Positions 16,574 to 26,864 of a DNA stretch of 64,000 nucleotides are shown piece by piece. The notes under the pieces are model-generated. The model searched no databases. It had not been told where the DNA came from and saw only the letters and a program-made list of their open reading frames with translations. Position numbers and translations under genes: made by a program. Position 1 is the first letter of the stretch. Each line of letters opens with the position of its first letter. This DNA comes from a virus, in IMG/VR virus record IMGVR_UViG_3300046680_000412, positions 1 to 64,000 of that record. The stretch is one strand, 5' to 3'.

Positions 16574-18958
16574 ATGTCCCTTGAAAATGTTGGTCTAGGC
16601 GGCGTGCTGATGTTTGACGAACGCCAAGCCGTGTCCGGCATGAAGTCGGCCGGCTCGGCAGCCGACAAGTTCAAGGGACAATTTTCTGGCATCGTCGACG
16701 CCGCAAAAGGAGTAGGCGCGGGCTTCGCTCAACTGGGTGGCGCTGCCCGCGGCGCTGGCGTCGCCATGATGCCAGCTACGCTAGCGTTTGGCGCGGGCAT
16801 CGACACAGCTGCGAAGTTCGAACAGCAAATGTCAGCAGTTGGCGCTGTGTCGCAAGCCACAAAAGCAGAATTGGGGCAACTGACCGATGAGGCCAAAAAG
16901 CAGAGCCTAGGCACCAAGTTCAGTGCATTCGAAACGGGCCAGGCGATGGAGTTCTTGGCGCGCGCTGGCTTCGATCAGACGGAGACCATTGCCGCGCTCA
17001 CGCCGGTGCTGAATGCGGCTGCCGCGGAGAATATCGATCTCGCCACGACAACGGATATCGTGTCGAACTCACTGCGTGCGCTCGGGAAGCCGGCCACCGA
17101 CGCGGGTTACTTCGCTGACGTGTTGGCGGTCACGAGCGCCAAAACGAACACGAGCATCGTGGGCATGGGCGAGTCGATGAAGTATGCCGCTGGCGAAGCC
17201 AAGACGCTCGGCATTGAACTTCCGGTGCTTGCTGCTTCGTTAGGCGTTGCAGCAGATGCCGGTTTGCGCGGCGCAATTGGCGGCACGTCGTTTACGCAAG
17301 CGCTCATCAAGTTGACGAAGCCTTCGGCGGATGGCGCGGCATTGCTTGAAGACATGGGCATCAAGATGACCAAGACCGCGAAGGGCGGATTGGACATGGT
17401 CGATGTCTTCAGGCAGATCCACACGAAAGTGAAGCAGATCCCGAACGTGATGGAGCGCGCCCGAACCGTCACCGAGATTTTTGGCGTCCGCGGCCAGAAG
17501 ATCTTCACGGCGATGGAAACAGCCCTCGACTCCGGCAAGCTCGACTCATTGGTGGGTCAGTTGGAAAACGCGAACGGTGAAGCGAAGAAGATGGCCGAGA
17601 CGCGGTTGGACAACTTCTATGGCCAGCTCGACTTGCTCACAAAGGCGGTATCAGCGTTTTCGATCGAGACGATGGGTCAGTTCTTGGAGCCGTTCAAGAA
17701 CTCGGTCAAGCAGTACAAGGACTACGCCGTCGGCCTGGTGGTGCTCTTGAAGGAAATCAACTCAGAACAGGGCCTTACACAAGAGACGGCCACAAAATAC
17801 GGCTCAACCATGGTCGCCATCGCGCTTGGGATTCGGCAAGGCATCGATATTGTGATCCATGGTTACGTCCTTCTCAGGCAACGCCTGATGGATCTGATTG
17901 CCCAGTTCACAGGTGGCGGATCTGAAGAAATGATTCAGTCCTTCACCAAGATCGCGACGGTCATCTTCTTCGTGGCCGCCGCCGTGGCGCCGGTGTTGGT
18001 TGCGCTCGGAACAATCGCCTATGTCATCACCAACGTGATTTGGCCGGTGTTCGCGGGACTTGGCTCGGTCATCGGAGCAGTCTTCACCTGGCCGGTGTTG
18101 GCCGCAATCGCGCTCGTCGTAGGCGGCTTTCTGATGCTTCAGAAGGACGGCGAGACGGTGAAAGACACTTTCACGCGTATCGTCGACAACATCGTGGGTG
18201 GATTCAACTGGCTCATGGAGAACGGCATCAAGCCGATCCTCTCCGGTTTCGAGTGGTTCAATCCGGCCTTCGAAGTCATCTGGACCAAGTTCAAAGAGAT
18301 CTGGGGCGACATCACCAACGATCTCACGGATACGTTTGGCGGCATCTTTCAGTCGCTCAAGGCGCTTGGCCCTTTCTTCAAGGTCGTGTTCACTTTCATC
18401 GGCAACATCGCCGGTGCCGCAGCGACGATCATCGGCGGAGCATTCACGCTGATGTTCGGCATCGTGGAGGGAATCTTTTTCAAGATTCGCAACGTTGTAC
18501 TCAGCGTGATGGAATCGATCGTGAACTTTATCAAACAGCTGTCGTTCGGCTTGGGCTACATCGCCGAGCTCGCCGGCTTCGACTGGGGCAAGAAGATGCA
18601 GGACTTCGGCCAGGACGAGTTCAAGATCGACGTCGGGCGCAGCGAGCGAGGCATGGGCGGCTCAGGCGGTTCAGCGGCTGAAGACATCGTGCTCGACAGC
18701 AATGAACGAGACACCATGGTGGTTGATCAGAAGGCGCTCGATGCCGCCGCTATCGGCAACGCCGTGGGCGATGCAGTAGCGGGCGCGATGCCAGACGAAC
18801 TGAACGTTGACAGCAAGGTGTGCGTCGACGGCAAGACCATCGCGCGCGCGACGGGCAAGCACAAGCAGGAACTCAGCGAGCGCGCTGGCTTCAAATCCAC
18901 TCCATGGGCAAAGCGGGCGGCTGCCGAACACGGCGCCGTGCCCGCCCGAGGTACCTGA
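16574..18958 (+). CDS. tail tape measure protein (TP901-type core)
   Basis: AAKFEQQMSAV.AVS.AT..E...L...AK.....TKFSA.E.GQAMEFLARAGF...ADVLA..S..TNTSI..MGESMKYA...G..A.AGL.G...GT; aromatic/hydrophobic C-terminal repeats. Confidence 0.93.
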   Translation: MSLENVGLGGVLMFDERQAVSGMKSAGSAADKFKGQFSGIVDAAKGVGAGFAQLGGAARGAGVAMMPATLAFGAGIDTAAKFEQQMSAVGAVSQATKAELGQLTDEAKKQSLGTKFSAFETGQAMEFLARAGFDQTETIAALTPVLNAAAAENIDLATTTDIVSNSLRALGKPATDAGYFADVLAVTSAKTNTSIVGMGESMKYAAGEAKTLGIELPVLAASLGVAADAGLRGAIGGTSFTQALIKLTKPSADGAALLEDMGIKMTKTAKGGLDMVDVFRQIHTKVKQIPNVMERARTVTEIFGVRGQKIFTAMETALDSGKLDSLVGQLENANGEAKKMAETRLDNFYGQLDLLTKAVSAFSIETMGQFLEPFKNSVKQYKDYAVGLVVLLKEINSEQGLTQETATKYGSTMVAIALGIRQGIDIVIHGYVLLRQRLMDLIAQFTGGGSEEMIQSFTKIATVIFFVAAAVAPVLVALGTIAYVITNVIWPVFAGLGSVIGAVFTWPVLAAIALVVGGFLMLQKDGETVKDTFTRIVDNIVGGFNWLMENGIKPILSGFEWFNPAFEVIWTKFKEIWGDITNDLTDTFGGIFQSLKALGPFFKVVFTFIGNIAGAAATIIGGAFTLMFGIVEGIFFKIRNVVLSVMESIVNFIKQLSFGLGYIAELAGFDWGKKMQDFGQDEFKIDVGRSERGMGGSGGSAAEDIVLDSNERDTMVVDQKALDAAAIGNAVGDAVAGAMPDELNVDSKVCVDGKTIARATGKHKQELSERAGFKSTPWAKRAAAEHGAVPARGT

Positions 18959-19812
18959 TGGCAAGTCCACTGCTCACGACAAGCACCGCCGCGGCCGCGG
19001 CCGCGACGAAATTCATTCCGAACTACAAGGTTTGGAACCTGCTCAATCTCGACTCTGGCCAAGTGATGCAAGGCCAGTTCGAAGCGGAAAACGTCGGGCG
19101 CGACATCGAAGTGAACTGGGGTCAGTTCACTTCGCTCAATCGGCAGAACCCGATCCTGCAGTTTCTGAACGGTGCGGCAGAGAAAGTGTCTTTCGACGCG
19201 CGGTTCTACAGCAACCACGCGCTCGACGCTTCGCCGGAGGCCAAGCTCGAAATGCTGGTTTCTTGGACGAAGATCGATCCGTCCCTACGGCGCCCGCCCA
19301 TCTTGCAGTTCTGGATCGGCGACGGCCATCTGATGATGAACTGCGTCGTCACTGGCGCAAAGATCGGCTACGCGCGACCCAACTTCTTTGGTGGCGCGCG
19401 CGACATCACCTTCACGTTGTCGTTGATGGAGTTCACGCCGTTCAGCTTGGACGACGCCGAACAGACAGACACACGCTATGCACGCGCGCGCGACCGGGAC
19501 TACTTCGAGCTGCTCGCGTTCGAAGAGTATGGCAATCCGATGATCGGCGATGTGATCCGGAAGATGCATCCGATCCTGCAAAGCTTGGAGCCCGGCGACG
19601 TCGTCAAGCTGCCGTCCATCGAGGGCGTGCGCAGCAAGCGAGTGATGCAAACTTCGATTCCCTTGAAAAGCGCGTTTGGCAGGGAAGACACGCCACAGCG
19701 TCGGCTACGTCTGCAGTTCTTTCAGAAGCGGTCAGGCAACTACGTCTCGCACGTGCTTTCGCCAACGCGATCTTCGAGTCGAAGCGTCATCAGCGCAGTG
19801 GGCGGCTTGTAA
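18958..19812 (+). CDS. tail tube initiator (CIS-tube-like) with LysM-like C-terminal domain
   Basis: TGATG coupling; PILQFLNG..EKVSF, RPPILQFWIG, then D.FELLAFEEYGNP.....I.....L.PGDV.KLP. Confidence 0.75.
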   Translation: MASPLLTTSTAAAAAATKFIPNYKVWNLLNLDSGQVMQGQFEAENVGRDIEVNWGQFTSLNRQNPILQFLNGAAEKVSFDARFYSNHALDASPEAKLEMLVSWTKIDPSLRRPPILQFWIGDGHLMMNCVVTGAKIGYARPNFFGGARDITFTLSLMEFTPFSLDDAEQTDTRYARARDRDYFELLAFEEYGNPMIGDVIRKMHPILQSLEPGDVVKLPSIEGVRSKRVMQTSIPLKSAFGREDTPQRRLRLQFFQKRSGNYVSHVLSPTRSSSRSVISAVGGL

Positions 19813-19828
19813 CGGGAGGCGTTTCGCT

Positions 19829-21184
19829 ATGGTCGACATATCCACACTGAGCCGTCCGTTTCCAGACGACGTCTCGTTCAATGCACCGAACTTCAGCATT
19901 CGCGTTGGCGGCGTCGAAGTGCCGATGGGGATCCGTCAGCTTGTCGAAAAGGTCGAATACGAATCGTCGGACGGCCTAGCCGACATGATGAAGGTTGTCT
20001 TTCGCGATCCACGCTACGTGCCGCCCAAGGGACTGATGCCGCGCGGCCCACTGGGCGGTCGCAGCACGGGCGGCGGCGGCGTGGGTAGCCACCTGTCGCT
20101 ACGCGACGTGCGCGTCTTTCAGCCGGGCAACGAAATGACGCTGGCGCTGGGCTACGGCACTTCGCTCAAGCACGTAGGGCGCGTGGTCATTCGCAAGGTG
20201 CGCCCGAACTTTCCGCGCGACGACATCCCCACGGTCGAGGTGATTGGCTACACCAAGGACTCGGCCATGATGGACAATGCGCCGCAAGGGCCGAAGACGC
20301 CCAACTCTCCGATCTACGCGAAGCCCGAGACGTCGCGGCGCCGGCCTCGTCGCGGCGGCCACAAGAAGAAAGCGGCGCGGCTCGATCGCATGTTCAAGAA
20401 TGCGACGTTTGCGGACGCGGTTCGACAGCGCGGCCTCGCCTACAACTTCGAGTTGAAGGTCGACGACACGCACGATGCGAAGCATACGTTTGTCCAGAAA
20501 GTCGGCCTGACGGACTACGACTTCGTCAAAGGGCTATCGAACATCACGGGCTTTTTCTTCTGGGTCGATGGCGACGAGACCGGCAAGTGGACTTTGCACT
20601 TCAGAGATCCCGCCAAGGTCGAGCGCAAAGAGCTGCAAGAGAAGGTCTACACGTTCAAATACGATCACGGCAATCTCGGAACGCTCTTGGAGTTCGAACC
20701 CGAACTGGCGATCCACAACGCGATCACGAAGATGCAGGCGCGTGTCAAGGATCCAAAGACTGGCAAAATTTTCGATGCCATCTTCCATGAAGAGAACGAA
20801 GACACCCCCGATCCGCTCGCGGTCGTGCCGGACGACATTGACGGCAACGTGTTGGATGGAGAGTACAAGACGGCGTCGAGCGTCAAAATCTTCATCGACG
20901 AATACAGCTTCACGGCGATCGCGAATCGGCGCTTTCACAGCGAAGCCGAACTGATCCAGTGGACGCGCCAGTGGTTTAGGCGTCATCGCGAAAACTTCAT
21001 TCTTTCGACGGGCACGACCATCGGGATCGAAACGGTGATGGCGCGGCAGATCCACAATATTTCAGGCATCGGCATGGGGCTGGATGGCGAGTACTTTTTT
21101 TCGAATGTGAACCACAAGCTTTCGAACAACGCTGGGTACGAACTCGAATGCACGATGCGCAAGGTCGTGCCCGAGCTCGAATAG
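19829..21184 (+). CDS. baseplate hub (late control D/gp27-like)
   Basis: ATG after GGGAGG; F.PGNE..L.LGY, QKVGLTDYDFVKGL....GF.FWV, G.TIG...I.GIG..LDGEY....V.H......GY. Confidence 0.85.
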   Translation: MVDISTLSRPFPDDVSFNAPNFSIRVGGVEVPMGIRQLVEKVEYESSDGLADMMKVVFRDPRYVPPKGLMPRGPLGGRSTGGGGVGSHLSLRDVRVFQPGNEMTLALGYGTSLKHVGRVVIRKVRPNFPRDDIPTVEVIGYTKDSAMMDNAPQGPKTPNSPIYAKPETSRRRPRRGGHKKKAARLDRMFKNATFADAVRQRGLAYNFELKVDDTHDAKHTFVQKVGLTDYDFVKGLSNITGFFFWVDGDETGKWTLHFRDPAKVERKELQEKVYTFKYDHGNLGTLLEFEPELAIHNAITKMQARVKDPKTGKIFDAIFHEENEDTPDPLAVVPDDIDGNVLDGEYKTASSVKIFIDEYSFTAIANRRFHSEAELIQWTRQWFRRHRENFILSTGTTIGIETVMARQIHNISGIGMGLDGEYFFSNVNHKLSNNAGYELECTMRKVVPELE

Positions 21185-21193
21185 GTCGTTTCC

Positions 21194-21898
21194 ATGGCAT
21201 TGATGACTGCAACCTATCCCGCGAAAGTTACTTTCAACCAGGACCCCGACAAGCGCGGCGTGATCCGCGTGGCGTGCGTGGGCATCATGGGCGACGAAGA
21301 CGTGGAGGTCCCGGTCGATGTCGAGCCCGTGCACGACTGGGGCTTCTTCTTCGTTCCGGACATCGGCGAGCTTGTCGAGGTCGAATGCCTGGAAGGCTCC
21401 GACGAGGACGAGCAGCCCGGCCAGATGTCGATCGACAATCTCGATCTGAAGTGGCGCAGTGCACGCTACTACACCGACGACGAGGACGGTGACAAGCCAA
21501 CGCTGATTCACAGCAAGTTCACCGAGAAGAACTACGGCAAGCGCCGGGGCTTTGCGACACCTGCCGGGCACGTGTTCATGTTCGACGACACCGAGGGCGC
21601 GGAAGAGATGACCTTGGCGTGGAAGGACGGCAGCGCGCTTTTGACGTTCGACGCAAAGGGCACGGTGACGCTGCAGAACAAAGCTGGCGCGACGCTCGTG
21701 ATGGATTCGGACTCCGGCAAGATTGTCCTGACGTCCGACACGATCGAAGTGAACGGCGGCGAGCAGGCCATGATCCTTGGCAATCTGTTCAAGCAGTACT
21801 TCGACACGCATACACATCCGACGGGAGTAGGACCGAGCGGTGTGCCGATCGTGCCGATGCCCGCAAACACCTTGAGCTCGATCACGAAGGTAGGGTGA
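21194..21898 (+). CDS. baseplate spike (gpV/gp5-like)
   Basis: AKV..NQDP.KRG.IRV, GFFFVPDIGE.VEVE, TPAGHVF.FDD, and C-terminal HTHPTGVGPSG metal-binding tip. Confidence 0.88.
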   Translation: MALMTATYPAKVTFNQDPDKRGVIRVACVGIMGDEDVEVPVDVEPVHDWGFFFVPDIGELVEVECLEGSDEDEQPGQMSIDNLDLKWRSARYYTDDEDGDKPTLIHSKFTEKNYGKRRGFATPAGHVFMFDDTEGAEEMTLAWKDGSALLTFDAKGTVTLQNKAGATLVMDSDSGKIVLTSDTIEVNGGEQAMILGNLFKQYFDTHTHPTGVGPSGVPIVPMPANTLSSITKVG

Positions 21899-21902
21899 GG
21901 CG

Positions 21903-22169
21903 ATGGCACTCGACAAGGCAGGCCTGAAGACAGCGATTCAGCATGTGTTCGAGAAAATCGGTGACGACAACCAATTGTCTGCCGCCGACGCAGCGACGCA
22001 GCTGTCCGATGCGATCGACTCGTACGTCAAGACGGCGCTCGCTACTGTCAGCATCCCGCCCGGGACAGTCGTGATCGCGGCGGCTTCTATCGCGGTGCCG
22101 GTCCTGAACCCAGCGCCCATCTCACTGACGGGCGGCCCGTCGACCACGCCCCCGGGAGGGCTGTCCTGA
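21903..22169 (+). CDS. small conserved-type hypothetical protein after the spike
   Basis: MALDKAGLK..I.......A.QLSDAIDSYVKTA.. pattern; coupled to the next gene. Confidence 0.65.
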   Translation: MALDKAGLKTAIQHVFEKIGDDNQLSAADAATQLSDAIDSYVKTALATVSIPPGTVVIAAASIAVPVLNPAPISLTGGPSTTPPGGLS

Positions 22170-22558
22170 TGCCCACCGGACTTGCGATGCCCGTGGGCGT
22201 CAGCCAGGGCGGCGGCGCGCGGCTGTCGTCGGGCGACGAAAACGACGACAAGATCATTCGCTTGGCGCTGGGCGACGACGCAAACGAAAACGCCTTTCAG
22301 CAGAATGTAGGCGTCGGCGCGAACATGATCTTTGGCCAGTCCGATCAGGTGCTGCAGGCGACGATCATGCGCCGCCTCAACGACGTGTTTCGGCGCTTCG
22401 AGGCGCAGAAACGCTACATCCTTCGTCGCAACACGATTCGCTGGACACAAGACAGTGAAACGCAAGAGATGATTTTGACGCTGAAGTATCTCTCGGTCGA
22501 AAGCGACAAAGAGCAGATGTTTCGCGAGAGCTTCAACGCGTCTACGACCAACCCATAG
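22169..22558 (+). CDS. baseplate wedge subunit (gp25/gpW-like)
   Basis: 129 aa; synteny between spike and baseplate J; IIRLALG...GVG..MIF...VF.RFE pattern. Confidence 0.7.
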   Translation: MPTGLAMPVGVSQGGGARLSSGDENDDKIIRLALGDDANENAFQQNVGVGANMIFGQSDQVLQATIMRRLNDVFRRFEAQKRYILRRNTIRWTQDSETQEMILTLKYLSVESDKEQMFRESFNASTTNP

Positions 22559-22569
22559 AGGCGACCGGC

Positions 22570-24750
22570 ATGCCATCCAAAGTGATCGAAGTCCCGTCGT
22601 TCGAGTTCTCTGCGTTCTACTACGCACAGATCTTGGAGGCGTTGCTCGTCCGCAAGCGCATCGACGTTCCGGAGCTGACCGACGAAAGCGACTTTGAGCC
22701 GTTCATCCAGTTGCTTCGAAGCTTCGCGCTCGTCGGGCACCTGAACAATACGCTACTCGACGTCGTCGCCAACGAAAACACGTTGCCCACTGCGCAGCTC
22801 GTCGAGACCGTTCGCAACATGTTGCAGCTGATCGGCTACGACTTGGCCTCGGCTTCGCCAGCGAGTTCCGAACTCGTCTATCAGTTGGCGCGTGCGTTCA
22901 GCGCGTCGACCGAGGTTGTGCCGGCGCTTGCCCAAGGCGCGACACGCGGCGACACGGATGTGCCCGTAATCTACTTCGAGTCACTCGAAGGCGTGACCGT
23001 GACGCGCACCGATCGCTTCACGAGTGTCCATTCAGAGGATGGCGGCGTAATCACGGATCACACGACTGAAGCAAACGCTGGGTCGAACTTCACTCCGTGG
23101 TCGACGCCGGCAAGTGGCGATGCGCTCTATTTTGGACACGACTCGGCAATGTGGGACGCGCTCAGACTGAACGTGGTCGCGGCGCTCACCAATATCGCAG
23201 GAGCGTGGGAGTACTTTGACGGCGACGTGTTTGACGTGCAGCCGGAAGTGGTTGTGAATATCGGCGCCGGGCAGCTGTCGTTTGATCTCGACTCGCTTCT
23301 GGGCGCATCCGACAGGCGCGGTGCGCGCGTGCGCGTCACGTTGAACGAGACAGGCGCGTACGAAGAAGTGGTGTCGACGTGGAACGGTGCGCAGAATATT
23401 GGCGTAACAGGTCTGTTGGGTCAGAGCTCGCCGTCGACCGTCGCGACCGACTATACGGTCGGCTGTGAATGGTCCGAGTTCGCGATGTCGCCTGAGTTGA
23501 ACTTTTTGGACGACACGCATGGTCTTGCGACGGCGGGCGAGCATGATGTTTCGTTCGGTTTGCCGCAGACCGAATCGACGAACTGGCGCGTCACCACGAT
23601 CAACGGCATTCAGGGTTTTTGGATCCGCTTTCGCATCGTGACCGTAACCGGCCCGACGTCGCCGACTTTGGCTCGTTGCCGCATGGACACTGGCGATCAG
23701 TACGTGATCTCTCCCGTCGTGCAGGGGCGCTCTGTCTCGGACGATCCACTTGGTTCGTCCAATGGCGGGCCCAATCAGCAGTTCGAGACGACGCGCGACT
23801 ACTTCATCGACGGCAGCGAAACCGTGACCGTGGACGACGAAGAATGGACGCGCGTTCGAAACTTTCTTCGCTCGGGACCGCAAGACAGACACTACACGAT
23901 CGTGCTCGGAGACAATGACCGGGCCACCGTGCGCACGGGCGACGGCGTCACCGGGCGCATCCCGCCGCTGGGCCAGGGCAACGTCTCGATCGACTACCGC
24001 TTCAACGCGGAAGTCAGTGGCAACGTGGGATCCAACACGATCGTTGTCGACAAAACCGGCCTTACCTTCGTCAATACGATCTACAACCCGCGACAGGCGG
24101 GTGGGTGGTCAGAAGCTGAAGGCGCTTCGCCTGAAAGCCTCGAACGAGCGAAACTCGCCGGGCCAGCGACGTTGCGCACCAAAGACGTCGCGCTCAATGG
24201 CGATGACGCGATCGTGATGGCGAAGGCGTTCGTGGCATCCGATGGCACACGGCCATTCAGTCGCGCGACCTTTGTCGAAGAAGGCTTCGGCGTCAAGACA
24301 GTGGAGCTTGTTCTGTGCGGATCGGGCGGGGTGATTCCAACCTCGGAATACTTGCGCGAGATCGAGGTGTTCTTCAACGGCGACAAATATGCGAGCCCGC
24401 CGTTGCCGCAGCGTTATGTCGGAAACCAGCGCGTGTACGCTGTCGCCTTCGATTTGAAAGTCGTCGACATGACTGTCGAGATAGAAGCGCCGGAGACCGT
24501 GACCGAAGAGCAAGTCAAGAACGGCCTGGCCCAGGTGCTGCAGCCTGAAGCGCGGAAGAAAGACGGCGTCACGTACGAGTGGAACTTCGGCGGAAGCGTG
24601 CCGATTTCTCGCTTGGTCCACGAAGTATTCAAGATCGACGATTCAATTGCGGCCGTCACTATCGACGGCCTACCGGGAGACGGCGTAGTGCTTAGCTCGC
24701 GACAGCTGCCGATCGCAGGCACGATCAACGTCCTGATCGCAAGGCCATAA
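22570..24750 (+). CDS. baseplate J-like wedge protein with large insertions
   Basis: PELTDES..EP.IQLL..FA..G....LDVVANE..L.TA....V......IGY, SNG.PNQ.F, GDGV.GRIPP, GNV.SNTI, G.S.ES.ERAK..GP..LRT. Confidence 0.88.
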   Translation: MPSKVIEVPSFEFSAFYYAQILEALLVRKRIDVPELTDESDFEPFIQLLRSFALVGHLNNTLLDVVANENTLPTAQLVETVRNMLQLIGYDLASASPASSELVYQLARAFSASTEVVPALAQGATRGDTDVPVIYFESLEGVTVTRTDRFTSVHSEDGGVITDHTTEANAGSNFTPWSTPASGDALYFGHDSAMWDALRLNVVAALTNIAGAWEYFDGDVFDVQPEVVVNIGAGQLSFDLDSLLGASDRRGARVRVTLNETGAYEEVVSTWNGAQNIGVTGLLGQSSPSTVATDYTVGCEWSEFAMSPELNFLDDTHGLATAGEHDVSFGLPQTESTNWRVTTINGIQGFWIRFRIVTVTGPTSPTLARCRMDTGDQYVISPVVQGRSVSDDPLGSSNGGPNQQFETTRDYFIDGSETVTVDDEEWTRVRNFLRSGPQDRHYTIVLGDNDRATVRTGDGVTGRIPPLGQGNVSIDYRFNAEVSGNVGSNTIVVDKTGLTFVNTIYNPRQAGGWSEAEGASPESLERAKLAGPATLRTKDVALNGDDAIVMAKAFVASDGTRPFSRATFVEEGFGVKTVELVLCGSGGVIPTSEYLREIEVFFNGDKYASPPLPQRYVGNQRVYAVAFDLKVVDMTVEIEAPETVTEEQVKNGLAQVLQPEARKKDGVTYEWNFGGSVPISRLVHEVFKIDDSIAAVTIDGLPGDGVVLSSRQLPIAGTINVLIARP

Positions 24751-24754
24751 AGAC

Positions 24755-26845
24755 ATGGCGCTTCTCAATCGCACCGTAGACGACAGCTCCGAGACCACAG
24801 ACAGCGCGCTGTCTGTGATGGGCGCGCTACTCGTGATCGCGGATGTCACGGACGCGCTTTCGGCGTCTGACGTCGTGGACGTCAAGAGCGGCCGCTTCGA
24901 TACGCGTAGCGTAAACGACAGCGTCGCCGTCACTGATGCACTCGCGCCTGTGAGCGTTACGCGCATCGCGCTCAGCGACAGCGTCGTCGTGACGGACGAA
25001 CTGTCGATCGTGATCGACGGAATGATCCGCGTGAACGATGTCGTCAGCGTGAGCGACAACTTGGTGCGTCAGCCGATTCTTGCGCTTTTCATCGCCAATG
25101 CGCGCGCGCTGAATGAATCCAAAGTGCGAATCGATTTTTCGGCGCCGATGCTGATCAACGACGCGCTTCGCCGACCCGGTAGCTACGTCTTCCACAACAC
25201 GTCCCCGGGCGGCGCAGAAGTTGTGCCGCTGGTTGTCGCCGTGCCCGCGGGACAGCTCAATCCGTTGTACGTCGAAATCGACGTGACCGAGCATACGAAC
25301 CTTGCGACGTACACGGTGGCGCTTGCGTCGACGCTGCGCGGCGCTGCGGAAGAAGCCAGCACGGGGATCCCGTTCGAGTACCAGGGCATTGGCGTCGAGC
25401 CGACGCTTCAGCTTGTGCTCGCGATTTCGCCCACCGAAGTGGACGTGTATTTCAGCGAACCGATCGCCAACAACGCCGCAGCAAACGATCGCACTCGCTA
25501 CCAATGGGCTGGCGGCATCTCGACTATCGACGTCAAACGTGTTTCAGGGAACGTCGTCACGTTGCAGACCACAGCGCAACTCCCCGGTGCGCTGTACACG
25601 TTGACTGTCATCGGCAGCTCGTCGTTTGCCGTCGTCTTGGCCCAAGACGACATCACAGTGACAGACGAAGCTTCGCACGGGCTGGACCACACCGAACCGG
25701 TTGGCGACGATTCGGTGGCCGTGAGCGACTCGGTTGTGACCAAGCGCACCCGTGTCTATGTGGCATCGGCATCTGACACGGCCGCGGTGAGCGACGGTAT
25801 TACGGCAACGCCGACATTTGGCTTGCAGTTGCAAACGATCTTCGCTTCTGCGCGCCCGTCGCCGCCGAACTCGCCTGAGATACAGCGTTCGGCCAATGAC
25901 ATTTCATGGGTCAGCACCAACTACAGTCCGGCGCCTAACAAGATTGTGCGCAATGGCGGACGAAACCCGCTGACGGACACGGTCATCTTGGTGGGCGACA
26001 ACGGGCTTTTTCTGCGATCGACCGATGGCGGCGCGACATGGACGCTGTCGACGCCATTCGGCACGACACCGTCTATCGGCGCCGTATGGTTTGGAAACGG
26101 CGTGTGGGTAGTCAGCTACTCGGACACGGGCGGCTCCAAGCTCTACTACTCCACGACCGACGGCGCGAGCTGGACAGGGCCCATCGATCCGGACGCGGGC
26201 ACCGGCACGGGGCCGACAGGCACGATCACCGCTGGCTACAGCGACAACTTCTTCGACGGGCGCTGGGCTGCAGGCCTCGGGCTGCACGTGGGCGTCGGCT
26301 ACAAGGGCTCGATCTGGACCTCGCCCGATGCCATCACGTGGACGCGTCGCACGGCCGCTGGAAGCTACGTCGGGAGTTTCTACGGCTTCCGGGGCGTGGC
26401 GTGGTCGCAGAGTCAGAACTTGCTGGTCGCGGTCGGAGACGCGACCAACGGGGAGTGCCAGACGTCGCCTGACGGCGCGGCGTGGACCAAAAGAAACTTT
26501 GACACGACGCTGGCGTTTGCCACGGTGTGGGACGTTGCCTACTCGCCGACGCTCGACCTGTGGCTGGCGGTCGGCGACGGGAGTAGCGTCGGGCGCATCC
26601 AGACTTCTCCGAACGGGACCACGTGGACGTCCCGAACTCCCATTGTGGGCTCGAACGAATGCTACAGCTGCACGTGGGACGCGAAGAATGGCCTTTTCGT
26701 TGTGGGCGGCCGCTTTGGCCAGGTGCAGACGTCGCCGGACGGGACCAACTGGACTTCGCGCTCACCAGCGAACACAGGCGGAACGTTCATTGGGAGTTCG
26801 AGTTCGAGCATCTTCGCAGTCATCGGCGGCGGCGCCGCGAACTAA
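24755..26845 (+). CDS. putative baseplate-associated fibre/receptor-binding protein: D-x5-D repeats, two Ig-like domains, BNR/beta-propeller
   Basis: NDSVAVTDAL/SDSVVVTDEL repeats; VRIDFSAPM and VDVYFSEPI Ig-like modules; repeated TSPDG..WT.R boxes. Confidence 0.7.
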   Translation: MALLNRTVDDSSETTDSALSVMGALLVIADVTDALSASDVVDVKSGRFDTRSVNDSVAVTDALAPVSVTRIALSDSVVVTDELSIVIDGMIRVNDVVSVSDNLVRQPILALFIANARALNESKVRIDFSAPMLINDALRRPGSYVFHNTSPGGAEVVPLVVAVPAGQLNPLYVEIDVTEHTNLATYTVALASTLRGAAEEASTGIPFEYQGIGVEPTLQLVLAISPTEVDVYFSEPIANNAAANDRTRYQWAGGISTIDVKRVSGNVVTLQTTAQLPGALYTLTVIGSSSFAVVLAQDDITVTDEASHGLDHTEPVGDDSVAVSDSVVTKRTRVYVASASDTAAVSDGITATPTFGLQLQTIFASARPSPPNSPEIQRSANDISWVSTNYSPAPNKIVRNGGRNPLTDTVILVGDNGLFLRSTDGGATWTLSTPFGTTPSIGAVWFGNGVWVVSYSDTGGSKLYYSTTDGASWTGPIDPDAGTGTGPTGTITAGYSDNFFDGRWAAGLGLHVGVGYKGSIWTSPDAITWTRRTAAGSYVGSFYGFRGVAWSQSQNLLVAVGDATNGECQTSPDGAAWTKRNFDTTLAFATVWDVAYSPTLDLWLAVGDGSSVGRIQTSPNGTTWTSRTPIVGSNECYSCTWDAKNGLFVVGGRFGQVQTSPDGTNWTSRSPANTGGTFIGSSSSSIFAVIGGGAAN

Positions 26846-26864
26846 AACCCAGGTCTAAAACGCC

